Assembly: GCF_000142905.1 (NCBI RefSeq)
Contig: NW_013657646.1
Coordinates: forward strand, 182,367-246,196
Reading direction: 5' to 3'
DNA: 63,830 nt
From: Thecamonas trahens ATCC 50062
Taxonomy: Eukaryota; Protista; Apusomonadida
Position numbers and translations under genes: made by a program. Positions within the stretch are counted from its first letter, which is position 1. Each line of letters begins with the position of its first letter. Under the pieces are notes generated by a model. It saw only the letters and a program-made list of their open reading frames with translations, did no database searches and was not told the DNA's origin. This document shows positions 39,830 through 52,100 of this stretch, one piece after another.

Positions 39830-42372
39830 CCGGAGCGGCCGGGCAAGGTGCTACCCGGAGCGCGGGCGGTGACGACGATGACGACGACATCAACGATCTT
39901 AATGCGCTGCTTGCTATGGGGAGTGGTGACGACGAGGTAGATGGAGGCGCAGACGGCGTCGGCAGTGGACAGGCGGCGGTGGCGTCGGGCTCGTTCTCGG
40001 CCGAGGCGGACGCCATTGACGCGCTCATCGACGAGCAAATGGCCAATGATGAGAACGTCGAGGAGGACAAGGGTGCCGATGAGACGATGGATGCTCTGCT
40101 TGCGCTGCAGGAGTTCTCGGACGATGACAAGGCTGGCGGCACCAACGACGATGACGGCGGCGATGACGAGGCCGATGCCGCGCTGGCGGCGCTGGACGCG
40201 CTCATGGACGATGATGACGACAACGATGCGGCGGCACTGGCAGTGCTGGAGAGTGTTGCAGACGACGGCGACGGTGCCAAGCCGACTGACGGCGATGGCA
40301 ACGACGATGGCGCGAAAGAGGCGGATGCGGCACTGGCAGCGCTTGCCGCTCTAGGTGAAGACGATGATGACGACGGTATCGACGACGGCAATAGGATCGA
40401 CGTAGACGGTGGTGGAGTTGCGTCCGACAATGATGATCCGGCCCTGGCACTTTTGGAGGCTGTGACTAGTGAGGATGGAAGCAATGGTGACGATGCGTTG
40501 GCGGCGCTCGATGCGCTGGCCGACGACGAGTCGGACAACGACGCCGATGCACTCGCCATGCTTGCTGCGCTTGGAGCCGACGACGGCGATGAGCCAGTCA
40601 AGGCTGCTGCAGGTGGTGCAAGCGACGACGGCAGCGAAGAGTTTGACTGGGCAGCGCTTGGAGCCGACGACGACGATGAGCCGGTCAAGACTGGCGCAGG
40701 TGGTGCAAGTGACGACGGCAGCGCAGAGTTTGACTGGGCAGCGCTTGGAGCCGACGACGACGATGAGCCGGTCAAGGCTGGCGCAGGTGGTGCAAGTGAC
40801 GACGGCAGCGCAGAGTTTGACTGGGCAGCGCTTGGAGCCGACGACGACGATGAGCCGGTCAAGGCTGGCGCAGGCAACGAGAGTGGTGGCGGCTCCAGTG
40901 GCTTTGATTGGGCCGCACTTGCCGACGACGAGAGCGACGAGAGCGGGTGTGGCGGCGGGTCGAGCTCGCCTTCGTTTGCGTTTGGCGACGGTTCATCAGG
41001 CAGCGACGACAGCTCCAGCTTTTGTTTCGACAAGAGCACGGATACCGAGTCCGGTGCAAACCTTTTCGGGAGCTCGTCAGCCAGCAAGTCAGAGAGTTTC
41101 GGCTTTACCCTTGGCGACAGCGACTCTGGCGAGAGCGACGACGAAGGGCTGTCAGCGTTCATGTCGACCGACTCGGAGGAGGAACCCATCAAAGCGGTGA
41201 TGATGAAAGCAGCAGTCGGCAAGGAGAGTGCTGGGCGGCGGCGGCGGCGGCACCGGCGGGTGAGCAAGCATCGCGATGTGCGTGGGCTTGGGCTCTCGCC
41301 ATCGTACGATCCGCGACTCGACCCGCGGTCGCCGGTCTTTGATCCGTCACTTGCTGCGTACGACGCACGTCTTGATCCTGCGTCGCCGATGTACAATCCA
41401 CACCACCCCGCCGGGGTAGCGCATCCCTACATTGCACCGGCGCTCTCGCCAGCCGAGGTCGAACAGCGGTATGCACTGGCGGCGACTGCTGCCGCAGCCG
41501 CAGTGGCGGCCGCCGTCAAGGCACCGCTTCCGAACCACAGCTCGCCGCCGCCTCACGCTCGCAGCAGCGTCTCGCGTCGACGGGCGAGCCACAGCCACGG
41601 ACATGGACACGGGCACCACCATCGCCGCGGCTCGTCTGCTGTTGGATCGCCGATCCACTTTCGCCCTGAGCATGGCTCACCTTCGCCGCCTCCAGCAGCT
41701 GGGCGATCGCCACTGAGCCGACCGCCTACAACGGCGGCAGCGCCGGGGTCGGCGCCTCAGGACCGGCGGCGGTACGAGCAGCGGCGGAAGCGCGAAAGTC
41801 CCCGGCGCAAGCGGTCGCGGCGAGAGAGCCCGCGGCGAGAGAGGTCGCGACGAGAGAGGTCGCGGAAGCGCAGCGCACGCAGATCGCCGAGGCATCACGG
41901 CTCGAGTCCGAGATCACAGCGGCGGTCGCGGCGGGGGTCGCGGCATCGGTCGCGGCACCGGCATCGGTCGCGGCGGGGGTCGCGACATCGGTCGCGGCGG
42001 TCGCGGCACAGCCGCAAGCGCTCACGGTCGCGGTCGCGGCGACATGGGCGACGGCATGGGCGGCGGCGCAAGACGTCACCAACCGTGTCGGAGATTGCGG
42101 CCGAGGTCCGGGCGCTCGAGGCGCAGTCTGCCGTGTCGCTCGNNNNNNNNNNNNNNNNNNNNNNNNNNNNNNNNNNNNNNNNNNNNNNNNNNNNNNNNNN
42201 NNNNNNNNNNNNNNNNNNNNNNNNNNNNNNNNNNNNNNNNNNCGCGGCGACCGGCGCGGCAGCTGTGAACGCGCGCGGAATCCCGCGCGATGCGGCGGCG
42301 CGCAACGCGCTCCACCTCGCATACCTTCGGCAGCAGCAGCAGCTGTTGCAGACGCTCGCGGGAAGGGTGTAG
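39379..42372 (+). CDS. Very acidic low-complexity protein with repeated short linear motifs and C-terminal Arg/Ser/His-rich region (spans gap)
   Basis: Open frame of about 1000 codons; D/G-rich with DALLA repeats, FDWAAL repeats, YDPRLDP repeats, RS tract. Confidence 0.72.
40564..40920 (+). repeat. 87-bp coding tandem repeat (about 3.5-4 copies, 29 aa)
   Basis: gtttgactgggcagcgcttggagccgac recurs at 40641, 40728 and 40815. Confidence 0.9.
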
Positions 42373-42478
42373 AAAAGTAGGCTGCGGTCCATTGTTTCGT
42401 TCACTGTGGGGCGCGCCGTCGCGCGTTCGAACGGCAGTGGGCACGGGGGATGCAATAAAGCAAGAGATATCGGGCGTG

Positions 42479-43645
42479 TTAGGCCTCGAGGGCGGCAAGC
42501 TCGGCCTGCATGGCGATGCGCTGAGCGCGGAGCTTCTCCAGGCGGGCGATCTTGTCCGAGGCGACAGAGGAAGCCGTAAGAGTGGCACCGCCAGCGGCCG
42601 CGACCTTGTTAGTGAGCGCGGCGTGGTGGTCCTGGAGGGCGACGATGGCGTCGATGGCGTGGTTGAGGATGGCGAGCTGCGAGAGCGGCAGGTCGGTGAG
42701 CTCGGGCATGGTCGACTTGAGCTGGCGCAGGAGGAGGGTAAAGCGCGGCGGAGCAGGGGTCGACGACGAGACGGCCGAGGTGAACGAGCCGAGCGGGCGC
42801 ATGCGCTTGGACGGCGGGACGCCCATGGTGGCCATGGACGAATCCATCTTACGCTTGTACGAGAGGTGGTCAGCAGCGTCCTTGGGCCCGCTGAGCAGGG
42901 CCATCGAGGCGAGCTGGTGGAGGCCCGGGTTGACGGCGCCCGACGGCGACGACGGGTTGGTGTGGGCGGGGCGGGCCGGCGCTTGAGCCATCGGCGGCAT
43001 CGGCGGACGGGTGTTGGGCGGGAAACCGGCGTGGTGGCCATGTGCCTGCGCGGCTGCTGCTGCGGCGGCGGCGTTCATCATGTGCGCCGGCGGGACGCCC
43101 ATGGCGGCCATAGCGAGCGACATGCCCATCGACATGAGAGCCTGCGGCGGGACCTGGCCGCCCTGCATACCCTGCATACCCTGCATACCCTGCATGCCCT
43201 GCATCATTTGCATGTAGAACATAGCCTGGGCCTGCGCAGCAGCGGCAGCCTGTGCGCGGACGCGGGCCTGCACCTGGGCGTGTGCATCATGGCCAGGGTG
43301 CACCGCGGGAGGAGGGTGCGCAGGTGGATGCGCCGGCGCGTGCGTAGGTGCGTGCGTAGGTGCGGGCGCACGCACAGGTGCGTGCGCAGGTGCGGGAGCA
43401 GGCGTGGGCGCCGGCGCCTGGACCGGCGGGGCCACGGACTCGGCCTTGACGGCAGTCGGCTTGGTGACCTGCATCGGCTCGGGCGCGGTGACCGAGGAGG
43501 CGGCGGCGGCGTTGGTGAGAAGCGAGAGAGCGCCAGCGGTTCCCGGACGGGAGGAGTGAGCAGAGTCGCCAAAGTCGTCGCGCGGCGACGGAGTCTGGGC
43601 CGAAGAAGCCGCGAGGTTGCGCCGGATGTGTGACGGCGCCGGCAT
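42479..43645 (-). CDS. Helix-loop-helix (HLH-zip-like) protein with low-complexity A/P/Q/M N-terminus
   Basis: RFTLLLRQLKSTMP..LSQLAILNHAIDAIVALQ followed by coiled coil. Start uncertain (alternative ATGs near 43840). Confidence 0.65.
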   Translation of the reverse strand: MPAPSHIRRNLAASSAQTPSPRDDFGDSAHSSRPGTAGALSLLTNAAAASSVTAPEPMQVTKPTAVKAESVAPPVQAPAPTPAPAPAHAPVRAPAPTHAPTHAPAHPPAHPPPAVHPGHDAHAQVQARVRAQAAAAAQAQAMFYMQMMQGMQGMQGMQGMQGGQVPPQALMSMGMSLAMAAMGVPPAHMMNAAAAAAAAQAHGHHAGFPPNTRPPMPPMAQAPARPAHTNPSSPSGAVNPGLHQLASMALLSGPKDAADHLSYKRKMDSSMATMGVPPSKRMRPLGSFTSAVSSSTPAPPRFTLLLRQLKSTMPELTDLPLSQLAILNHAIDAIVALQDHHAALTNKVAAAGGATLTASSVASDKIARLEKLRAQRIAMQAELAALEA

Positions 43646-45670
43646 GGCCGGTCGGGTGGCAGGGCCAGGCGACGGCGGCGTGGCCGACCGCGACGACGAG
43701 ACCGAGCGGGAGGAGGCCGGAGCAGCAAGAATCTGAGGACGGCAGGCACGCGGGTTGAGCGCGAGGGCCGGGGGTGACGAGTGGCTCTTTCCTGAGGGGT
43801 GGGTGTGGGCTGGGGACGAGTGCGGGCGAGTTGACATCATATTTTGGGGCAACGGGAGAGTGCCGGCAGATTTTCAGCGGTGCGACGGCAGGAAGGCAGG
43901 GACAGCAAGCACGTGGGTGTGGGTGTGGGGGGGGGGGCAGCTCGCTTAAGAGGGGAAGGCGAGGGGCGAGGGACAGGGATTTGGGCCTGTGGGGGGTTCG
44001 GTTCTGGAATACGGAGCGGAGAGTTGTTTGCGCGGGACGAAGGGGTGCGGCGGTGCCTTGCGGAGGAACGGGGGCTCTGCGGGTGTGGCGTAGAGAGCGG
44101 TGTGACCCACGCCAGCGTGTAATTGGGACAGTTTCTTGGGCGAGTCCCCTCCTCCGCCCACGAGGGTATGGCCATTCGGAACGAAGCAAGAATCCTACGC
44201 TTGAAGGGACAAGCTGGGCCGTATACCACTGCTGCCACTAAGGGCTTGATGACCTTGGTTGCACATGAGGCTCTCTGTATCCCCCCACATGCCCATCCCT
44301 GCAGGAGGGTGCTGACGTTGCCGGCCGGCGCTTCCGTGCAGCAGTTTCACGTTGCTAGCGCACAGCGAAAACGGACGCTTCGGCCACTCGCCAGGCGGCG
44401 GTACGCGACCGGTCCGTGCAGACTGTTCCAGGCAGCTACAATACCGGCGAGTAGCATAGGTTGTACAGCACTGCATTCCCCCCATTGCAAGTTCCTTGTT
44501 TTTATGTGGCTATGCTCACGAGTGCTGCAGCCGCTTGGCGGGGCATGCCCCCACCCGGGCCGTCGTGCTCCACCACCTTAAAAATCGGCATCCCGCACAT
44601 ACGGCGCGACGCAACGTGGACCCGGCAGTCACTTGTGCGACCCTTGTTCCGCAGAGTGCCCAGCCAAGGCGCATGCCAGTGACTGGGCAGCACTGAGCAG
44701 GTAGCAGAGGGGGAAGGGGGCCCCGAGGGGATTGGCCTTTGCTCCAGGTAGGGCATGGGCTGCGCATTGGTCTCGAGGCGGGGGGGGGGGCGCATGCTGG
44801 TGGTGGTGGTGGAGGTGGTGGAGGTGGTGGCGCACGTTGACGTGGCCAATGTGCCTTCCGAGAACAACGAATTTTTGCAAAGTTGAACAAACCTTTGCGG
44901 CAGGAAGGTGCGGCACTATTGACCATTGCGAACGTGGTGCGGCTGTCGTGCTGGGGGAAGGGGCGGGGGCAAGGGGTGGGGGGCGGGAGGGGGGGGGGGG
45001 AGGTCGGGGGTGATGCGGCACAAGGCTGAATGACAGCTGAGATCTGTGCTTGCATTGCGGGCACGCCATGTGCACATTGTTCGTAGTGGGAAGGATGGGC
45101 GAGGGGCATGGGTGGGTACCCCAGCCTTGGTCTTGTGCCCTGCCTCGCTTTGTGCCAGGCATGCTCTGGGCGGTGCACCGGCCACCACTCTCTTCCGACC
45201 TCGCATATGTGCCATGCTATTACCACTCGCTGCACGCGCGTGACCTGACGAATGCGTGACTTTCGAAGCACGGCCACCAAGGCCTGGCCTGCTCGCACAC
45301 TAATCGGCTGCTGCTCCTCACTGTCGCATCCACAATCCAACAAATGATGGCGGTGGTGCCGCTGCTGCCGAGCGGTGACGCTCACCGAACTCTTGCCCAA
45401 TCGATGCCTCACGGGGCCGCGCCCGGGTCCAGGCATACAGATCGGACCATGTTGCGCACGACTAGAAGCCATGTGGCCCACGCATGCTATCCAAGACTTG
45501 GGCCATCAAATCCCATCGGATGGGGAGGTAGGTCCCTTGCTCCGGGCGATCGAGGCCGCCATTTGCTCGTGAATCAATGGGTGCGTTCGAATCGACAGTC
45601 AAAGATGGCATCCCCCCCATCCCTCCCTCCCCTCGTGGCCGCCACACCCACCACCGCACTCGAGACAGTC

Positions 45671-46576
45671 ATGGTGGCAACCCGGCGACGCGGACGCAAG
45701 GGTTCGAAGAAGAGCAGCGAGGACGAGGCGGGACCGGTGGACCTGTCGCCGGCAGTGGCGGCGTTCGAGGCTGCGCTGCTGAAGCGGTTCGCGGCAAGCG
45801 GTGGCGAGGATGGCCGGCGCGGCGAGGGCTCGGTGAGCGACGAGGATGACGACGGCGAGGTGGTGATGATGAGCCTGGAGACCAAGGATGAGGCGCGAGT
45901 GCGCAAGGTGGCGGAGATGATCCAGGCGCGGCGGCCGATCCGGCTTGCGTGTGCGCTCGATTCGGCGTTCCGGAGCGGCCCGCGGTGGCGCAACGCCCGC
46001 AGGTGGGCCAGCCACCGCCAGGCGGCCGAGTCTCACCGGATGGCGGAGCTTGAGGCGGCGATTGTGGTTGGCCCAACGCTCGAGGCCGAGCGCAAGGCGC
46101 CGCATCCGAAGGCGCACAAGGAGGAGCGCCGCAAGTTCAAGGAGCACTCGGCCAAGTACGCGTCCAAGGACTGGTTCAACATGCCGGCGCCCGAGCTCAC
46201 CGCCGAAGTCAAGCGCCAGCTCGACGTGGTCCGGCTGCGGGCGTACACCGACCCCAAGCGATTCTACCGCAACATCCATGGCGACTCGATCAATCGCAAG
46301 AACCACAAGTACCCCAAGCACTTTCAGTTTGGCACCGTCATCGAGTCTAAGAAGGACTTTTACTCGGCCCGCATCGCCAAGAAGGATCGTGGCAAGGACC
46401 TTGTCGACGAGCTGCTCAAAGACGAGAAGGTTGCCGCCTACACCGCCCGTATTGTCCGTGACAAGTCGGCTGCAGGCATGGTCGGCCGCTACGAGGGCAA
46501 ACGCCGCAAGCGCAAGAACCGGACCAAGGCCTTTGCCGAGCGCCGCCAGAAGCGCCAGAAGCAGGGTCGCGCCTAG
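45671..46576 (+). CDS. FCF2: Fcf2/DNTTIP2 pre-rRNA processing protein
   Basis: DWFNMPAPELT, LRAYTDPKRFYR, PKHFQFGTVIE, FYSARI, LVDELL. Alternative ATG at 45605. Confidence 0.9.
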   Translation: MVATRRRGRKGSKKSSEDEAGPVDLSPAVAAFEAALLKRFAASGGEDGRRGEGSVSDEDDDGEVVMMSLETKDEARVRKVAEMIQARRPIRLACALDSAFRSGPRWRNARRWASHRQAAESHRMAELEAAIVVGPTLEAERKAPHPKAHKEERRKFKEHSAKYASKDWFNMPAPELTAEVKRQLDVVRLRAYTDPKRFYRNIHGDSINRKNHKYPKHFQFGTVIESKKDFYSARIAKKDRGKDLVDELLKDEKVAAYTARIVRDKSAAGMVGRYEGKRRKRKNRTKAFAERRQKRQKQGRA

Positions 46577-46660
46577 CCGCGCAAGCCCGGCGAGCTGCAC
46601 AGCCTAGCCTCTGTCTCAGTTAGCTCGCTTTACTCTGTCTTGCCCATGCGCTACTTGGCC

Positions 46661-48807
46661 TTACTTGAACGAGAACCTCACCTTGACCAGGTAGCGGATG
46701 ATGACTTGCGACTCGTCGTAGACAACAAACTCGTCGTAGAGGAGCGACGAGTCTGTGTCGAGCCTGGCCGGCACTGGCTTGCCGAGCGGGACTCGGACAC
46801 CGTTGCTCATCTTAAAGACGTGCTTGGGATTAGTCCGCGTCTTGCCCTCGCCGTGGGTCGAGTGCGTGCCCGGTGGTGGGCCGTCGAGTGGCTCGGCAGC
46901 GCGTGCCTTGTAGCTCGTTCCGAGCGCAAACTCGGCGAGGACAAGGAGGCCTACGTCGGCGGTCTTGGTCGCCCAGCAGTACTGCGCAGCCTTGGACACC
47001 ATGTCGGTGCCGTAGATGCCCTTGCCAAACATGTAGCCGGTGACAGGCGCTTCGGCGGCGCGATGCGGAGACCTTGCCGGAGGATGCCGACCATGTTGGA
47101 CATCCGCGTCCCGTGCCAGAGGAGGGTGCGGTTGGCAAGCGCGCCGTGGGGCGCGTAGCGGGCAGATGCACCGGCACGCTCGACCTCGAGGATGTCGAGC
47201 ACCTCGAGCGAGTACCGCTTGTGGGTCGGGGCGTGTGTGTTCTTGGCATACATCCGAATCATGGTGTCGACGTCCGAGCCCGGCGCCACCGGCGCCATGG
47301 TTGTCTGTAGCATGTTGTACCGCGCGGTGATCGGATGGAGGCCCGATGAGGTCGCCACAGACTTGAGGCTCTTGGTCGTGGCCTGGATGTCCGACAGCGC
47401 GTCCATGAGCTGGATCTTGGTTTTGAGCATGTCGATCGAGTCGATGACCGGCGGTCGCCGCATGCCGAACACGTGCGGCACGAGCGTGTAAAAGTTGGAC
47501 GAAAGGTCGGTGAGCACGTGACGCCGGCCCGGCCCGTTGAGCTCGTCCTCGATCTCCTTGAGCTTGGCTCGTCCCTTGCGGACGTGCGATTTTTTGAGCT
47601 TGCCCAGCGGAAGCTTGTTGGCGTCATAATCCATGCTCATCACCCGCGACGTCGTCGAGTTGAGGTCGCAGATCATCTCCACCACTGCCTGTACACTCAG
47701 CGGAAGGCCGCACGACGGCCCGTCGTCCTGATCGTCATCGCCGCTTCCACCTGCTGTCGCGGCGGCCGTCAGCGGCTTGGCTCGCTTCGGTGGCGGCACC
47801 GGTACCATCGCTGTCGCTGCCGCTGCCGCCACAGGCTTGCCCGCCAGCAAGCCTTCCAGCCATGACGCCGGCACAACCGGCACGCCAAGGCTGAGCGCCG
47901 TCTGTTCCTTGACCGTATTCGAGCCGGGGTTGGCAGTAACCAGGTAGTCAACGCTGGACGAGACCGACGTGACAACCGAAGCCCCAGTCGCCGCAATCTG
48001 CTTCTCAAGCTTGTTGCGGACAGTGCTAAACCGACCAGTGAGGCAGAGACAGAGGCCGGCGATCGAAGTCGGGAGTGCCGCACTGGCTGGAGCTGCCGGC
48101 GGCGACGGCTGCCGCTTGCGCTTCTGGCGTGCTCCTCGTGATTGAGCGGCCACGCCCGTTGCCTCAAAGTCGGCCTCGTCGGCACGCTTTCCGCCGGTCA
48201 CCGCCGCCGCCAGCCAGGCCTCGGTCACCACAAACGCCGACGTTACCGACTGGAACTTGGGCGGCGGCTCGACACCGTCCGGCAGGACGACGTGTGAGAC
48301 ACGCGCCGCCGAGAACCGCTTCACCACCTCGGCGCCGAGCGCCTCGGCCGCCGCCGAGAGCGCTGCCTTGTCGTCGGCAAACGACTCACCACGCGGCGCA
48401 TGCAGGAACAAGCAGCAGTCCTCGAGCACCGTAGACGCTGTGGCCGATGCTGCTGCCGCCAAACGGCCTGGCCCCGCTGTCGCAAGGGTCGCTGCAGCAG
48501 GTCCGCTGGCGGTTGCGCCGGTCTCCTTCAGCGAGTGCGGGGACCAGTCGACGAGCGCGCCGGCAGCAACAGCCGCAGCAAGCCAGTCCTCAGACACAAC
48601 CGGGACCGAGAGCGCCGTGGCCTTGCGGATCTTCTTCGAGTCCTTGGCCACATCGTCGGGCACAGCCATGACGTAGTCGACGTCTGCCGTGCAGACAAAG
48701 GTCGCTGTCCCGCCTGCAGCCTCGACCGCTGCCGCAGCGTCCTGGCGCGGACCAAGGCCGGCGTACTTGGCCGACGCCACGCACACAGTCACGCCAGCCA
48801 AAGCCAT
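46661..48807 (-). CDS. Poly(ADP-ribose) polymerase: 3 BRCT + regulatory HD + catalytic domain; apparent frameshift near 47054
   Basis: BRCT cores VPVVSEDWL, FVVTEAWL, VPVVPASWL; KLPLGKL, SNFYTLVPHVFG; LLWHGTR, LRIAPP/EAPVTGYMFGKGIY, LYDEFVVYD. Confidence 0.93.
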
Positions 48808-49155
48808 ACCGTGGTGTGTGGAATTGGGGGAGGGGGGGGGGGGGGGGGGAGTCAGGTGAGCAAACTCGTGTGTGGCGGCCGTTGGCAGGTGCTGGAGCTG
48901 CTGCCAAGAAAGGTCGTGGTTTACGAACGGTCACGCGCTGCGGCCACCACCACCTCCTCCTCCACCTCCTCCACCTCGAGGCACAAACACGGACCGAGAC
49001 GGAGAGTTAAAGACGGTGCAAGGGGACGGACACTTGCCTGTGCAGCTGCAGACCACTGCACCGCTGGCCTGGGCGTAGGGCATCCACACACACTCTCTCT
49101 CTATCTCTCTCTCTATCTCTCCTCCCCTCCCCCTTCCCCTCGCTTCCCGTTCACC

Positions 49156-52100
49156 ATGTTTGGCGCAGCTGGGTCAGGCGAGTCGGACGACGACATGGCC
49201 TTTCTGACAAAGGCGCCCAAGAAGCGCGGAAAGAAGTCGGCGGGTGGGAAGAAGGGCAACGCAGGCGCAGGAAAGAAGGGCAAGGCAGGCGCTGGGAAGA
49301 AGGGCAAGACCAAGGCAGGAGGCGACAAGGCCCGAGGCAGCAAGGCCGGTGGCGGTGCCAAGGCTAAAAAGTCGTCGCAGGGCGGCGGCCTCTTTGACGA
49401 TCTCGACAACATGTTTGACGATGACGAGCCCGACATCCTCGACTTTGGCACAAAGACAAAGGCAAAGACAAAGGCACAGGCAAAGGCAAAGGCACAGCCA
49501 GAGGAACTGCCCAAGAAGACCTCGGCCAACGGCAGATCAAAGTCGCGCAGCAAAGCTGCGCGCAAGATCAAGTCCAAGACTTCCAAGGCTGGGGCCAAGT
49601 CCAGGTCCAAGCCCCAGGCCAAGGTCGTCACGTTCGAGTCGGACGCCGACGAGTCGGAACCAGAGCCAGAGCCGGAGCCCGAGTCCGAACCCGAGCCCGA
49701 GTCCGAAGCCGAAGCCGAGTCCGAGCCCGAGCCCGAGTCCGAGCCGGTGAAGCCGAAGAAGAAGAAGAAGAAGGGTGCCGGCAAGGGCAAGAAGTCCAAG
49801 ACGAGGTCCAAGAAGACAGCTACTGACAGAGGTAAGAAGAAGAAGGGCGGCAAAGAGTCCAAGCCCAGCAGAGTGGCCGAAGAAGACGACGACGATGCCG
49901 GGGCCAGGGGCCCGATCTCCAAGGACGAGCTGTTTTCCGGCGGCGGCGGCCTGTTTGGTGGCGGTGGCGGCGGTGGCGGTGGCGGCGGCCTGTTTGACGA
50001 CGGTCTGTTTGCGCCTACCAAGCCCAAGGCCAAGAAGAAGAAGACCAAGGCGTCCAAGAAAAAGGGCGCCGTGTCGAAGAAAAAGGGCGTGGCTTCCAAG
50101 AAAGGCAATGCGTCCAAGAAGAAGAGCAAGAAGAAGGGCAGCAAGTCGACCAAGACACCGGGCAAGGTCAAGACCGAAGCCGAAGAGTCGCTGGCGGCGC
50201 TTGGACTTGTCGACGACGGCGATGGCAGTGCTCCGTCGGACGAGTACTACTCGGACGATGACGGCGGCGCCAAGGCGACCGCTAAGACTCTGGCGGTCCA
50301 GGCTCAAGCGGTCCAGGCGGCCAAGAAGAGCGCTGTGACGGCCGAACCCGAGTACGAGTACTACTCGGATGAAGATCCGGTTGTGGCGGCCGTGAAGGCA
50401 CCAGAGGGATCCAGAGCCGGCCGCAGTAGCCCGTCAACGTCGACAGTGAGTCCAGCACTCGCTGCTGAGGCTCTCGCCACGTCCGAGGCAGAGCCGCAGG
50501 CAGAGCCGGTCCGTGGCATGACCGACGCCGAGCGGATTGCGGCGCTGGAGGCCGAGCTCGCGGCAGTGCGACCCAACGAAATGTCGGCGACGGCGTCGAC
50601 AGAGCTTGTGGGCAAGGTTGAGCCTGCAGCGTTTGGGTCGTCGATCCGCGAGTACGGATGCTACAGCTGCCGGACGACGTACGACGACTTAAGCATCAAG
50701 TTCTGTTCTGGCTGCGGCGGCGAATGCGGGGTGCTCATTGCACCGCTGACGGTGTGCTCGGCGTGTGGGCGAGTGGCAAACAAGGACGCGCGGTTCTGCA
50801 CCGAATGTGGGTCAGGAGTGGTCGAGGCGTCGCAGCCGAAGTTTGAGTGCGCGAGCTGCACCCGCGAGCTCCCGATGGGCATCAAGTACTGCCAACACTG
50901 CGGTGGTGCGTGCCGGCCGGTGGCGCAGCTCTCGCGGCCGGTCATCATTGCCAAGCTCCGCGACCTCGAGTCGCAGTGGAAGACCAAACACTGGCTCCGC
51001 GAGGAGGCCGAGGCCAAGCTGGCACGGGTCGAGGGCCGTGCGCCGGCGGCTCGGGACGAGCTGGCTCTGGAAGAGTACGAGAAGCCTGTGCTCTCGGTCG
51101 AGACTGTGCTGCCGTACTACGCGCAGACAATGCTGACGACGACGAACCGGTTGGTGGCAGACACGGCTCTGCCCGGTCTGCGCGGGCGTGCCGAGGCGGC
51201 GGCGGCGGCGGCGCGGGCAGCCAACGAGGCCGACGCCAAGCGCGCCGAGGACAAGGCGACCGCGATGCTGTCAGCAACGGTGCTGCAGTCGGAGATTGCC
51301 GCGCTGACTGCGGTCATCAACGCGCTTGGCAAGGAGATCCTCGACTGGCAGCAGGCGCTGCGGGTGCTGCCGACGCCGTCGGCGGCGGGCGAGGCCGACC
51401 GCGGATCGCGGAGTGCCGCCGAGGCCTACGAGGCGCTGCGGGTGGCGCGGCTGGAGGCCGAGGCCGAGGCCCAGGACGCGCGTGAGGCTGCCGCCTTTGC
51501 GTCGCCGGCGCTCAAGCGGCGGATCGAGCTTCCCGCTGAGACCTTTGTGAGCAGCGTTAGCGCGCCCGGCGCCCGCGACACGCTCTGGGTCTGCGAGTGC
51601 TCGTTCACCAACCCGGGCCTCGCCTCGCGGTGCCTCGAATGCATGGCGCGGCGGCCGTCAGCGGCGAACTTGGAGCTGCGGCGCGAGCTACTGGCGCCCG
51701 AGCGTGTCGCCCGTGACGCGGTCCTCGACTACGACCTGGAAGTCGAGCAGGAGAAGGCGCTGGCAGCGATCGAGGCGGACCGTGTGTCTGCGGCAGTGGC
51801 GGCACGGGTGGCGGCCGAAAACAGGCTCCCGCCGCCGCCGCCTGATCACGAGGACGAGTTCTACGCCGCGCACCCGGGTGCGGCGGCAACGTACAACGTG
51901 CGGTCGGTCTATCCCTCGGTCGGCGAAGACGGCGAGCTGGATGGCTCCGACGGCGACGATGACGACAGCGCGGCGTGGGTCTGCAATTGCTCGGCGGTGA
52001 ACCCGGAGCGGGCGACCCGGTGCGTCTCGTGCTCAGGCCTCAAGTCGTATTCGGTGGTGAGCACCCGTGCGACCGGCTCGGTCCTGGGCATGCTCGGCGC

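Noticed and set aside
38931-41396. 821-aa Ser-rich minus-strand ORF
   Set aside because: Antisense mirror of GAC/GAT-rich acidic coding sequence.
36848-48807. Glycerol kinase and PARP as pseudogenes
   Set aside because: Each has one single-base break with fully conserved motifs on both sides and no other decay; sequencing error is more parsimonious.
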